Assembly: GCA_963818965.1 (NCBI GenBank)
Contig: CAWFUG010000011.1
Coordinates: 32,001 to 96,000, forward strand
DNA from: an uncultured Verrucomicrobiae bacterium
GTDB taxonomy: Bacteria > Chlamydiota > Chlamydiia > Chlamydiales > Rhabdochlamydiaceae
Direction of reading: 5' to 3'
DNA length: 64,000 bases
Under the pieces are notes generated by a model, which was not told the origin of the DNA, searched no databases, and worked only from the letters and a program-made list of their open reading frames with translations. The stretch's first letter is position 1. Each line of letters begins with the position of its first letter. The position numbers and the translations under genes are program-made. Below, piece after piece: positions 52,696-61,002 of this stretch.

Positions 52696-53847
52696 ATGAA
52701 GATGAAGACCGGCCTTGTGCTCTCGATTCTATCCACACTGTTCTCTCTTTCCGCCTATGAGGATGGCAACCCAGCAAATCCCAACCAGCTGGGCTATCTC
52801 GAAGCCTCTATCGATGATCTCAAAAAACAGATGGCAGATCTCAAAGAACAGTGTCAAGAGCAGGCGATCTATCCCCCTGCAGGACCTGCTGTCAGCAGCG
52901 GCGCAAGCATATTCATCACAGGAGATCTCCTCTGTTGGAAGGCGAATGAGAATGGGCTCGGTTACGTGCTCAAAACTAAAGTCGTCGATCCAGTCAATGG
53001 AATCTTAGGCAATGGGATCATTGCGACGCCCCACTTCGATTGGGATACGGGATTTCGCGTGGGCCTCGGATGGAACATGGGACACGATGACTGGGATGCT
53101 TATCTCTCTTGGACACGACTGCACACCGCAGCACACAGCCACCGACACGATAACGATGGCCGTTTCCTGTTCCCCGTCTTTGCAGACGCTTCCTTTGCAG
53201 AAAATCCCACACTAAAAGCGACTGCACATTTAAAACTGCACCTCAACGTCATCGATTTGGGACTAGGCCGCAGCTTCTACATCGGCAAACACCTCTCCGT
53301 ACGTCCCCATGCAGGAATCGAAAATGTCTGGATTTCGCAACACTATGGCACAGACTATCGCGGCGTCGCCGCTTTTAATCTCAATCCTGAATCGGATAGG
53401 GACCGCAATAACATCTCCTTCCGCAATCACTTTTGGGGCATCGGCGCGCGCTTTGGTGCGAACACAGAATGGGAACTGCGGTGGGGCTTTAGCTTTTATG
53501 GAGATATCGCCTGGGCTCTTCTCTACGGCAATTTCAACCTCAAGCGGACGAGCGAATTGGATCAAACTGCCCTAGTCCCGCCCGCCCATCGTAGAGCTCA
53601 TACCGATGAAAAATTCGCTCAAGCAAAAGCTGCGTTAGAATGCGCCCTCGGCTTTCAGTGGGATTGCATGTTCGCTCACGACAGATTTCACTTAGGAGCA
53701 AAAATCGGTTGGGAACAACACATCTACTTCGGACAAAATCAGATCTTTACCCCCGTCGCCTCTCCTAATCTGCCCGGCAAAATTGTCGGCGTGGACGACG
53801 ATCTGACCTTCCAGGGCTTTACCTTCTCGCTGCGTTTTGATCTATGA
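52696..53847 (+). CDS. Lpg1974/MOMP-like outer-membrane beta-barrel protein
   Basis: Signal peptide, coiled coil, FDWDTGFRVGLG, FWGIGARFG, IGWEQHIYFGQNQ, DLTFQGFTFSLRFDL terminus. Confidence 0.85.
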   Translation: MKMKTGLVLSILSTLFSLSAYEDGNPANPNQLGYLEASIDDLKKQMADLKEQCQEQAIYPPAGPAVSSGASIFITGDLLCWKANENGLGYVLKTKVVDPVNGILGNGIIATPHFDWDTGFRVGLGWNMGHDDWDAYLSWTRLHTAAHSHRHDNDGRFLFPVFADASFAENPTLKATAHLKLHLNVIDLGLGRSFYIGKHLSVRPHAGIENVWISQHYGTDYRGVAAFNLNPESDRDRNNISFRNHFWGIGARFGANTEWELRWGFSFYGDIAWALLYGNFNLKRTSELDQTALVPPAHRRAHTDEKFAQAKAALECALGFQWDCMFAHDRFHLGAKIGWEQHIYFGQNQIFTPVASPNLPGKIVGVDDDLTFQGFTFSLRFDL

Positions 53848-54747
53848 GACTTTCTTCATGCGGCTATGGTAGACTTGAATGAGACCGCCGAGGCACACGA
53901 GAACAGCGCCGACTATTGAAAGGAGATTGGGTAATTGATGAAAGATCAGCCAATCGAGAAACCCGGAAGAAATGAGAGAGAGATACAAAAAAGGCGCAAG
54001 ACTAGAGGCTTTTCCGTGCTTATAAGCCAATCCTCTAAGTGACTGATTAAAAATACTCGCAAGTCCTAGAGCGATTGCATTCAAATAAATCCAAGAAGCG
54101 CCAGCGCTCTCTAGCATCGGATGCTCTACGAGGAATTCTCCTGAACACAAATAGACGACTCCACTGGCAACGGCGCTCAAGAAAAAGAAATAAAACAGGC
54201 TCGAAGACTGATTCTCATTCCGCGCCTGGTGTCCATAGAGCACTTGGGAGCCCGCCTGTCCTAAAATAGCGAATAAACCCGCCACACTCAAGCTCCCGAT
54301 CAATTCCCGATCAGGCTGTAAAATACACAAGACTCCGACAAATGAAATGAAGATGCTGATCATCGCTTTAAAGCTAAAGCGCATCTTAAAAAAGAACCAT
54401 TCGAGGATGGGCAGCAAGAGAGGCGCTGTGTTTTGAAGCACCGTCGCATCGAGTACAGAAGCATGCAACAAATAATAAAAGAGCGAATACTGATAGACTA
54501 AAGTGCACGCTGCGCGCAAGAACTGTAATTTCAAGTTTTTTACGATGAAGAGATCGTGAACCGTATGACGCCAAAGCAGAAAGGGAAGCAAGAGAATGAA
54601 GGGCACGGCGAATCGGAAAAAGACCAACAGAAAAAATGGGAGATTTGCAGTCCCAAACTTCCCAAAGAGAGTAAATACGGACAGCATGACCGCAGAAGCG
54701 GTCATGTAGAGCGCCCCTCGCTCAAACTCCCGTAAGCTTTGACGCAT
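53842..54747 (-). CDS. DMT/EamA-family transporter
   Basis: About 10 TM in two EamA repeats; ATVLQNTAPL, ASSLAPFLY. Confidence 0.9.
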   Translation of the reverse strand: MRQSLREFERGALYMTASAVMLSVFTLFGKFGTANLPFFLLVFFRFAVPFILLLPFLLWRHTVHDLFIVKNLKLQFLRAACTLVYQYSLFYYLLHASVLDATVLQNTAPLLLPILEWFFFKMRFSFKAMISIFISFVGVLCILQPDRELIGSLSVAGLFAILGQAGSQVLYGHQARNENQSSSLFYFFFLSAVASGVVYLCSGEFLVEHPMLESAGASWIYLNAIALGLASIFNQSLRGLAYKHGKASSLAPFLYLSLISSGFLDWLIFHQLPNLLSIVGAVLVCLGGLIQVYHSRMKKVS

Positions 54748-54751
54748 CAGA

Positions 54752-55759
54752 TCACTTCCCTGTCATCGCCGTTAAAATGCGGCGCTTGCCCGAAAATACA
54801 GCCCGCCCATGCATAGCGAGGACATTATCTAAAATCAATACATCCCCTCTTTGCCAAGGGAAATAAACGGTATGCGCATCGAGCACATCGAAGATGTGGT
54901 AGAGATCTCTTTTCGGAATCCGCGATCCATCGCCAAAAAACACTTCGTGTAATTTCATGTGCTTGCGACAATAAAACGCCTTCACTGCTAAGTATTTCCA
55001 CATCCCTAAAAACTTCCGATTGAAATCGTAGAGATGCGCCTGATTAAACCACACCTTTTCTTGTGTCGTTGGATGGATTAAAGTCGCAGGGCGCGTCTGT
55101 GCGATCTGGATCCAGTCATTTTGATTCCATTGGAATTCAAACTCATTCTCCAGACACTTCATCTCGACCTCTTTTTTATCATCTGTTTCAAAGACATCGA
55201 GCCACGTCTTGTGCGAACGCTGCATGCTATTGATGAAATCCATCAATTTACTCTTGTGGTAGTAACAAGAGAGGTACTTCAATCCCTTTTCCTCAAAACG
55301 CGCCCTGACAGCCGGATCGATCGCCTGGTAGACCTTCCGCGCATCGGCGATGATCGTCTCTCCGCCAACAACCGGAGGGGTCTCGCAGTAAAAATAGATG
55401 TGCTGCGGATAATTTTTGACGAAAGAGAGCTCGTTGTGCAGAGGCAATTTAAAGTGAGCGGGAGCCTCTGTCGACGTATAAACGCCTTCTGTGATTTTCG
55501 TCCGCGGACTATCTCCCCCGATGTAGCTGATGAAATTCCCAAAATCCAGCGTCCGGATCACCGTCTCAAAATCCAGCGCATTTTCCACTGGAAAATTGCG
55601 CAAGAGAATCGCGCCCCCTTCCAGCAATTGCCGCTGAATCTCCCCTTTTTCCGCCTTCACCCATTCCAAAAACTCCCCTAGACTAAAGTCCTCCCCCTCT
55701 GGCTGAATGACAAGTGGAAACTGCTCTTTCGTGATAAAATTTGAGACGACCTGACCCAT
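54752..55759 (-). CDS. TauD/TfdA-family Fe(II)/2-oxoglutarate dioxygenase (SyrP-like)
   Basis: GAILLRNF, VYTSTE, LHNELSF (HxE), GGET.IAD, WFNQAHL, WQRGDVLILDNVLAMHGR. Confidence 0.92.
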   Translation of the reverse strand: MGQVVSNFITKEQFPLVIQPEGEDFSLGEFLEWVKAEKGEIQRQLLEGGAILLRNFPVENALDFETVIRTLDFGNFISYIGGDSPRTKITEGVYTSTEAPAHFKLPLHNELSFVKNYPQHIYFYCETPPVVGGETIIADARKVYQAIDPAVRARFEEKGLKYLSCYYHKSKLMDFINSMQRSHKTWLDVFETDDKKEVEMKCLENEFEFQWNQNDWIQIAQTRPATLIHPTTQEKVWFNQAHLYDFNRKFLGMWKYLAVKAFYCRKHMKLHEVFFGDGSRIPKRDLYHIFDVLDAHTVYFPWQRGDVLILDNVLAMHGRAVFSGKRRILTAMTGK

Positions 55760-55887
55760 AAATACTGCCCCCTAAAAACTCAATGCTATAGCAGGGATGA
55801 GTCGGTTCGTCAATCAGAGTTTATAAAGTTTTTTATTTAAAATGATGTGCGCTCCCCTTGCAGGAGCAGAGGGGGTAGGTTGGGCGC

Positions 55888-56104
55888 CAGGATACCTGCA
55901 AAGTCGTTTAGGGCGAGTACAAGGAAATGATAGGAAGGATAAAATGATATGAATGATAGGGATTGGCGCACATCCAAAGAGCACCTATTCAGCCCCCTCG
56001 GGGACTGAATAGGTGCTCTTTGGATGTGCGCTTTCATCGCTTGCGCGAAAAAAAACCTTCCATCATTTCCTTTCCCCACCTCGACGGACTTTGCAGGTGT
56101 CCTG
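55888..56104. mobile_element. MITE family B copy 1 with 10-bp target-site duplication
   Basis: TIRs CAGGATACCTGCAAAGTC / GACTTTGCAGGTGTCCTG; flanked by direct GGTTGGGCGC (55878-55887 and 56105-56114); inner hairpin GCACCTATTCAG..CTGAATAGGTGC. Confidence 0.9.
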
Positions 56105-58375
56105 GGTTGGGCGCAGTATAGAAGCTGATGGAGGACGAGTAGGTGAAGGCTGGGGGGCACATTTTTCTAGGACCCGACGTTCCGATGAATGCAATTCTCG
56201 ATCGGTGAAGGAAACGAGGGTCGATGCCTGAAAAGCGATATCGCGTGCAAGAGCGAAATTTCCCTTGTTTTCTGCACAACGGATCATATTTATGAGGGTA
56301 CTGAGCCAATCGCTATTTTTGTCTTGCTCCTCAATAGCCATTTTGCAACAGAGTTCAGCGATTTGGAGAACCTGTTCAGAAGCTGCTTGTTTTTCCGCTA
56401 GTGCAGCACCGAGACATCCGATTGCTATTGATTTTTTTCCGTTTGTAGACATTCTTTTAGCACAGAGGACAGCGATATCGACCACTTGATCAAAACAATC
56501 TTTCTCAGCAAATGCGTAACCCATGGCCTCAAAAAGTCTCGCATTGTCAGGAGACCCCTCAAAAACGATACCAGTGGGTAATGAAAACGCTCTATAAATG
56601 CCCGAAGCCGCTGAATCAATATGCAGATCTATTAACCGAGCACCAATCGAGCGAAGAGCCTTGTTTCTTTCTGGGAAGTCACCAAAGATCTGTCGAACAA
56701 CTTTTCTTTTTTCAGGAAAGTCTTGCAAGAGCATTTTAAGATCCTTTTCCCTTTCGTTGCCATCTACAAAGAGCGTTTCGAAACACACCGCTGCGATTGT
56801 CCAACAATCCGACTCGCTCCAACCCTTTTTTTCTGCTGCAATGACTGCTGTGCAATAAATTTCAGCAAATTTAACAAGCCGTACCATAGCGGCTTCTTTC
56901 TTCATTAATTGATCGTATATCCTTCCGGGACTATCCTCTAAATTTTCAGATACTCCCCCTTTCGTACATTGTTGGCGCAACAGCTGGCTTTCTTGAGAAG
57001 AAAGAAATCCTTCAATTTCCATAGAGGCCTCCGGAAGCAACCGCATGGATTCTTCTAATAAAGGCTCAATGGTCGCGTACCTTTCGTAAGCCTCTCCACA
57101 CACATCTTCCCAGATATCCTTCAATTCCCTGATCCCCTCACTAAACCACTCTCGTCCCAAAGGATTGTCTCTTCGGATCACATACTGCGCCAGAATAAGT
57201 GTATCTGTATCTGCAATCGTATGCGTATCTTCAATCTCATTGAAATCGATCTGCTTTTCTTCTGTTAAAAAGCGCTGAAATTCCTCTGATGTTTCAGAAC
57301 ACTCCCGAAATACAGCGAAAATCCGGATGAGGAGATTGAGATCGTAGTCCATCTCTGCATCCTTTTCGATGATTTCTTTGATACCATTCGTTCGATCGAA
57401 CTTGAGCCAAGCCTCCCAAAGGCAGTTGGCTTTTACTGTAAGATCAGAAGATTCCAATAGAGGATGGTTCTTCTGCAAAATGAAATAAATAGTACCGAGA
57501 ACAGCCGCCTCAAAGCTCGTACGCGAACAAGAACGAGCCCATTGATCTAATAAAGGCAAATAGACTGCGTGCTGCCTTTCTTGAAAAAAATCGATGAGCT
57601 CCTTAATAGATAGGGTCTTCATTTCATCCGTCAATTGATACAAACGCACACCAGAATACAGCCCAGATTCCTTCCCTCGATTCCCAATAGCAATTTGATC
57701 TTGATAAAGGGTAACACTGATCCAATGCATATCATCACACACATTACTCCCCGTATCTGAGAAGAGGACCATTCTTCCTCCCCACTTTTCCTGGACTTCT
57801 TGGAAACTCAAATCCTTAAAATCTTTCGAACAAGAAGTACAATGAGTGTCATTCACAACTGTTAAAAACTCTTCGGTGCAACCAGTATCCCACAACGGCT
57901 CCTCTACAGATTCTTTAAAAAACGCTTCCAAAGAACGGCAAAGATAGGGAATCAGATAATCGTGATGCGTCACATGATCTACCCCTGGATCAAAAGACAC
58001 GCCGTCGATTTTGTAGTCCCCTTCAATTTCATAACGGTGCAGCGCATCGCACTTCATCGCGATGAATCTCTTTGTAAACCCTGCTTCTCGCTGCGCGATG
58101 AAAGGAGTTAAATCTTTACGCCCATGGTCTAAAGCATACAGGTAAGGCGTATAGTCAGCGATTGGAATCAACCGACTTCCCTGCACCTTCACCCGAAGAG
58201 AGATCGTCCTCGCCAACCCATACCAGAGCTTAGAGACAGCCGAGAAGTTTTTAAAAAGCTCTATTTTGATGAGTCCAGCGTCGTCTTCTCCCCGCATATG
58301 CTCAAAGGAGGAGCGGAAGAAATCAAAAACCTCACCAACGAACTGCTTATCATTAAATCGATCTATTGACGACAT
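56063..58375 (-). CDS. F-box-like / cysteine-peptidase-like / helical-repeat protein, paralog 1
   Basis: 770 aa; FKNFSAVSKLW; HWIS..GNRG..QWARSCSRTS; C-terminal PERNKALRSIG-type repeats; stop lies inside MITE B. Confidence 0.75.
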   Translation of the reverse strand: MSSIDRFNDKQFVGEVFDFFRSSFEHMRGEDDAGLIKIELFKNFSAVSKLWYGLARTISLRVKVQGSRLIPIADYTPYLYALDHGRKDLTPFIAQREAGFTKRFIAMKCDALHRYEIEGDYKIDGVSFDPGVDHVTHHDYLIPYLCRSLEAFFKESVEEPLWDTGCTEEFLTVVNDTHCTSCSKDFKDLSFQEVQEKWGGRMVLFSDTGSNVCDDMHWISVTLYQDQIAIGNRGKESGLYSGVRLYQLTDEMKTLSIKELIDFFQERQHAVYLPLLDQWARSCSRTSFEAAVLGTIYFILQKNHPLLESSDLTVKANCLWEAWLKFDRTNGIKEIIEKDAEMDYDLNLLIRIFAVFRECSETSEEFQRFLTEEKQIDFNEIEDTHTIADTDTLILAQYVIRRDNPLGREWFSEGIRELKDIWEDVCGEAYERYATIEPLLEESMRLLPEASMEIEGFLSSQESQLLRQQCTKGGVSENLEDSPGRIYDQLMKKEAAMVRLVKFAEIYCTAVIAAEKKGWSESDCWTIAAVCFETLFVDGNEREKDLKMLLQDFPEKRKVVRQIFGDFPERNKALRSIGARLIDLHIDSAASGIYRAFSLPTGIVFEGSPDNARLFEAMGYAFAEKDCFDQVVDIAVLCAKRMSTNGKKSIAIGCLGAALAEKQAASEQVLQIAELCCKMAIEEQDKNSDWLSTLINMIRCAENKGNFALARDIAFQASTLVSFTDRELHSSERRVLEKCAPQPSPTRPPSASILRPTQDTCKVRRGGERK

Positions 58376-58416
58376 CTTATTTAACCGGTTAATTTTTACT
58401 ACATTTAAATAATATA

Positions 58417-58445
58417 ATTATACTTCGTTTTTAGGTTTTCGTCAA
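58417..58445 (-). promoter_or_regulatory. Sigma66/sigma70-type promoter of paralog 1
   Basis: Minus strand TTGACG-N17-TATAAT; homologous site upstream of paralog 2. Confidence 0.75.
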
Positions 58446-58475
58446 TTAATAATTTATTTTTTAAAAAAGCAGTTA

Positions 58476-58503
58476 TTTAAGAGCCTGTTTACAGGCTCTT
58501 AAA
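58476..58503. repeat. Short palindrome at the junction between paralogs
   Basis: TTTAAGAGCCTGT-TT-ACAGGCTCTTAAA, immediately after the paralog 2 stop codon. Confidence 0.75.
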
Positions 58504-60618
58504 CTAGAGATAGCCGTAGGGCTTCGGATTGCATAAATACAGTATCTGATTTTGAATCGAGCCGGGGATATCGGCAGTGGTCCGGGGAATCCCAGCCAAT
58601 GCTTGAAGGGCGATATCGCTTCCGAGATCAGAGTCCGCTTTCGAGGCCATAAGGGCGAGGACCTCCAGCCAAATTTGTAGATCCTCTTGGTTAGCCGTTT
58701 GGCCACAGATCTCAGAGATCAGCTGATCTATCTGAAGGGCTTGTTTCGAGGCTCCCTGTGTTTCCGCTAACGCGACACCAATCGCGCCTATTCCTGCTGC
58801 ACTTACTGAAGATTTAGAAATCCTCTTCGCACAGATGATAGCTATCTCGAGAGCTTGATCAAAAAAGGCTCCCTTGGCAAATGCACAACCAATTCTCGCC
58901 AAAATGATCCCTGCCTCTTCTGGATATTGAAAAGCTCTGCCAGAAGGGAGCATTTTCTGTCTTTTAGTCAATTCAAGATACTCTGAATCGATGTACAGTT
59001 GGATTAATTTAGCCCCCATCGAACGAAGGGCTTCGGTTCTTTCTGGGAAATCTTCGAATAGCATTTCAGAACACACGCATGCGATGATCAAACAACAGAA
59101 CTCGCCCCAACGCTTTTTGTCTGCTTCAACGACTGTTTTACAATAGGCCTTAGCAAATTTGGCATCGGACAGATCTAGATTCAGATACTGTCTGCGCAAC
59201 CGCCTGCTTTCTCGAGTAGAGAGAAGGGGGTCCACCTGTTTAATAAATCGCCGGATCCGTTCAATAGAGGCATTCGAAAGCACATGCAGCGATTCCTCTA
59301 CAGACGGTTGAATCGCTCGGTAATTGCAGATCTCTTGCCATACCGTTTGCTTTTGCTCTCTGCTTTTTTTCTCCAATCTCTCGATTTCCTCACAAAACCA
59401 CTTTCGTCCCAGAGCACTGTTTCTTTGCATCGCGTAGTGCGCAGGCAGCCCTTCATACCCATCTACAGTCTCATTGAACACGCTCCAATTGATTTGTTTT
59501 TCTTCTCTTAGAGACCGATAAAATGCCTCTGCCGTTTCAGCACAGTCCTGAAATACAGCGAGAACCCGGATGAGGAGATGGGGGTCGTAGCCCATCTCTG
59601 TATCTTTTTCCATGATCCCCTTTAGACCCACTGTCCGATCGAACTTGAGCCATGCCTCCCAAATGCCGTTAGCTTTTACTGCAAGAGCAGAAGATCCCAA
59701 AGCGGGATGCTTCTTCTGTAAAATCAAATAAATACCCCCGAGAAAAGCCGCCTCAAAGCTCGTACGCGAACAAGAACCGCTCCATTGCGGTACTAAAGGC
59801 AAATAAGCTGTGGGGCGCCTCGCTTGAAAAAAATCGATCAACTTCTCAATAGAAAAGGTCTTCATTTCATCCGTCAGTCGATACACACGCACTCCAGGAT
59901 ACCGTCCAGCCCCCTGTCCTCGATTCCCAATCGCAATTTGATCTTGGGAAAGGACAAAACTGATCCAATGACTACGGTTACAGATATTGCTTGCACTATC
60001 TGAGAAGAGAATCATTCTCTCTCCCCACTTCTCCTGCAATTCCAGTAAGGTCAAGTCCTTAAAATCTTCTGAGCAAGAAGTACAATGCGTGTCATTCACA
60101 ACTCTTAAGAGCTCTTTGCTGCAAGTCGTATCCCACAACGGTTCCTCTACAAACCCTTTAAAAAACGCTTCCCAAGAACGGCAAAGATGGGGAATTAGAT
60201 AATCGTGATGTGTCACATGATCCACTCCCGGCCCAAAAGACACCCCGTCGACTTTGTAGTCTCCCTCGATTTCGTAACGGTGTAGAGCATCGCACTTCAT
60301 CGCGATAAATCTCTTTGTAAACCCCGCCTCGTGCTGCGCGATGAAAGAAATCAAGTCCTTACGCCCATGGTCCAAAGCGTACAGGTAAGGCGTATAGTCA
60401 ACGCTTGGAATCAACCGACTTCCCTGCACCCTTACCCGAAGAGAGATCGTCAGCGCAAACTCAGACCAGAGCTTAGAGACCACCGAGAAGTTTTTAAAGA
60501 GTTCAATTTTGACGAGTCCAGAATCATCCTTTCCTTGCATGTGCTCGAAGGAGGAGCGGAAGAAATCAAAAAACTCACCAACAAATTGTTTGCTATTGAA
60601 TCGATCTATTGACGACAT
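58504..60618 (-). CDS. F-box-like / cysteine-peptidase-like / helical-repeat protein, paralog 2
   Basis: 704 aa; N-terminal ~370 aa closely similar to paralog 1; HWIS..GNRGQG..PQWSGSCSRTS. Confidence 0.75.
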   Translation of the reverse strand: MSSIDRFNSKQFVGEFFDFFRSSFEHMQGKDDSGLVKIELFKNFSVVSKLWSEFALTISLRVRVQGSRLIPSVDYTPYLYALDHGRKDLISFIAQHEAGFTKRFIAMKCDALHRYEIEGDYKVDGVSFGPGVDHVTHHDYLIPHLCRSWEAFFKGFVEEPLWDTTCSKELLRVVNDTHCTSCSEDFKDLTLLELQEKWGERMILFSDSASNICNRSHWISFVLSQDQIAIGNRGQGAGRYPGVRVYRLTDEMKTFSIEKLIDFFQARRPTAYLPLVPQWSGSCSRTSFEAAFLGGIYLILQKKHPALGSSALAVKANGIWEAWLKFDRTVGLKGIMEKDTEMGYDPHLLIRVLAVFQDCAETAEAFYRSLREEKQINWSVFNETVDGYEGLPAHYAMQRNSALGRKWFCEEIERLEKKSREQKQTVWQEICNYRAIQPSVEESLHVLSNASIERIRRFIKQVDPLLSTRESRRLRRQYLNLDLSDAKFAKAYCKTVVEADKKRWGEFCCLIIACVCSEMLFEDFPERTEALRSMGAKLIQLYIDSEYLELTKRQKMLPSGRAFQYPEEAGIILARIGCAFAKGAFFDQALEIAIICAKRISKSSVSAAGIGAIGVALAETQGASKQALQIDQLISEICGQTANQEDLQIWLEVLALMASKADSDLGSDIALQALAGIPRTTADIPGSIQNQILYLCNPKPYGYL

Positions 60619-60666
60619 ATTATTACAATTGTTAATTTTTAACTTTATTTAATTAACGTAAATGCA

Positions 60667-60694
60667 ATCATACTCGTTTTTTATTTTACGTCAA
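60667..60694 (-). promoter_or_regulatory. Sigma66/sigma70-type promoter of paralog 2
   Basis: Minus strand TTGACG-N16-TATGAT in the duplicated upstream region. Confidence 0.6.
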
Positions 60695-60734
60695 TTGATG
60701 TTTTATTTTTAAATACATTAAGCGAGTGGAGTAT

Positions 60735-60926
60735 CAGGACACTTGCAAAGTCCATCGAGGCCGGGAAAGGAAATGATAGAAAGGATAAAATGATAGGAAT
60801 GATGGAAGAATTTTTTTTTCGCGCAAGCGATGAAAGCGCATACCCAAAAAGCACCTATTCAGCCCCCTCAAGTGGGCTGAATAGGTGCTTTTTGGGCTCG
60901 CCCTAAACGACTTTGCAGGTGTCCTA
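60735..60926. mobile_element. MITE family B copy 2 (inverted relative to copy 1)
   Basis: TIRs CAGGACACTTGCAAAGTC / GACTTTGCAGGTGTCCTA; imperfect 10-bp TSD AGTGGAGTAT / AGTGGGGTGT; same inner hairpin. Confidence 0.88.
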
Positions 60927-61002
60927 AGTGGGGTGTAAAACAGAACACGCCACCACCCCCTTGCGAAAGTATCAAGGAGGAGGTGGGTGGTGGCGCACGC
61001 AG

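Noticed and set aside
56063..60618. Diversity-generating retroelement template and variable repeats
   Set aside because: Similarity spans whole gene halves and promoters, differences are not adenine-specific, and no reverse transcriptase is present; ordinary tandem duplication.
55888..60926. Composite transposon formed by two inverted MITE B copies around the paralog pair
   Set aside because: Each copy has its own, different 10-bp TSD and the outer flanks do not match, indicating independent insertions.
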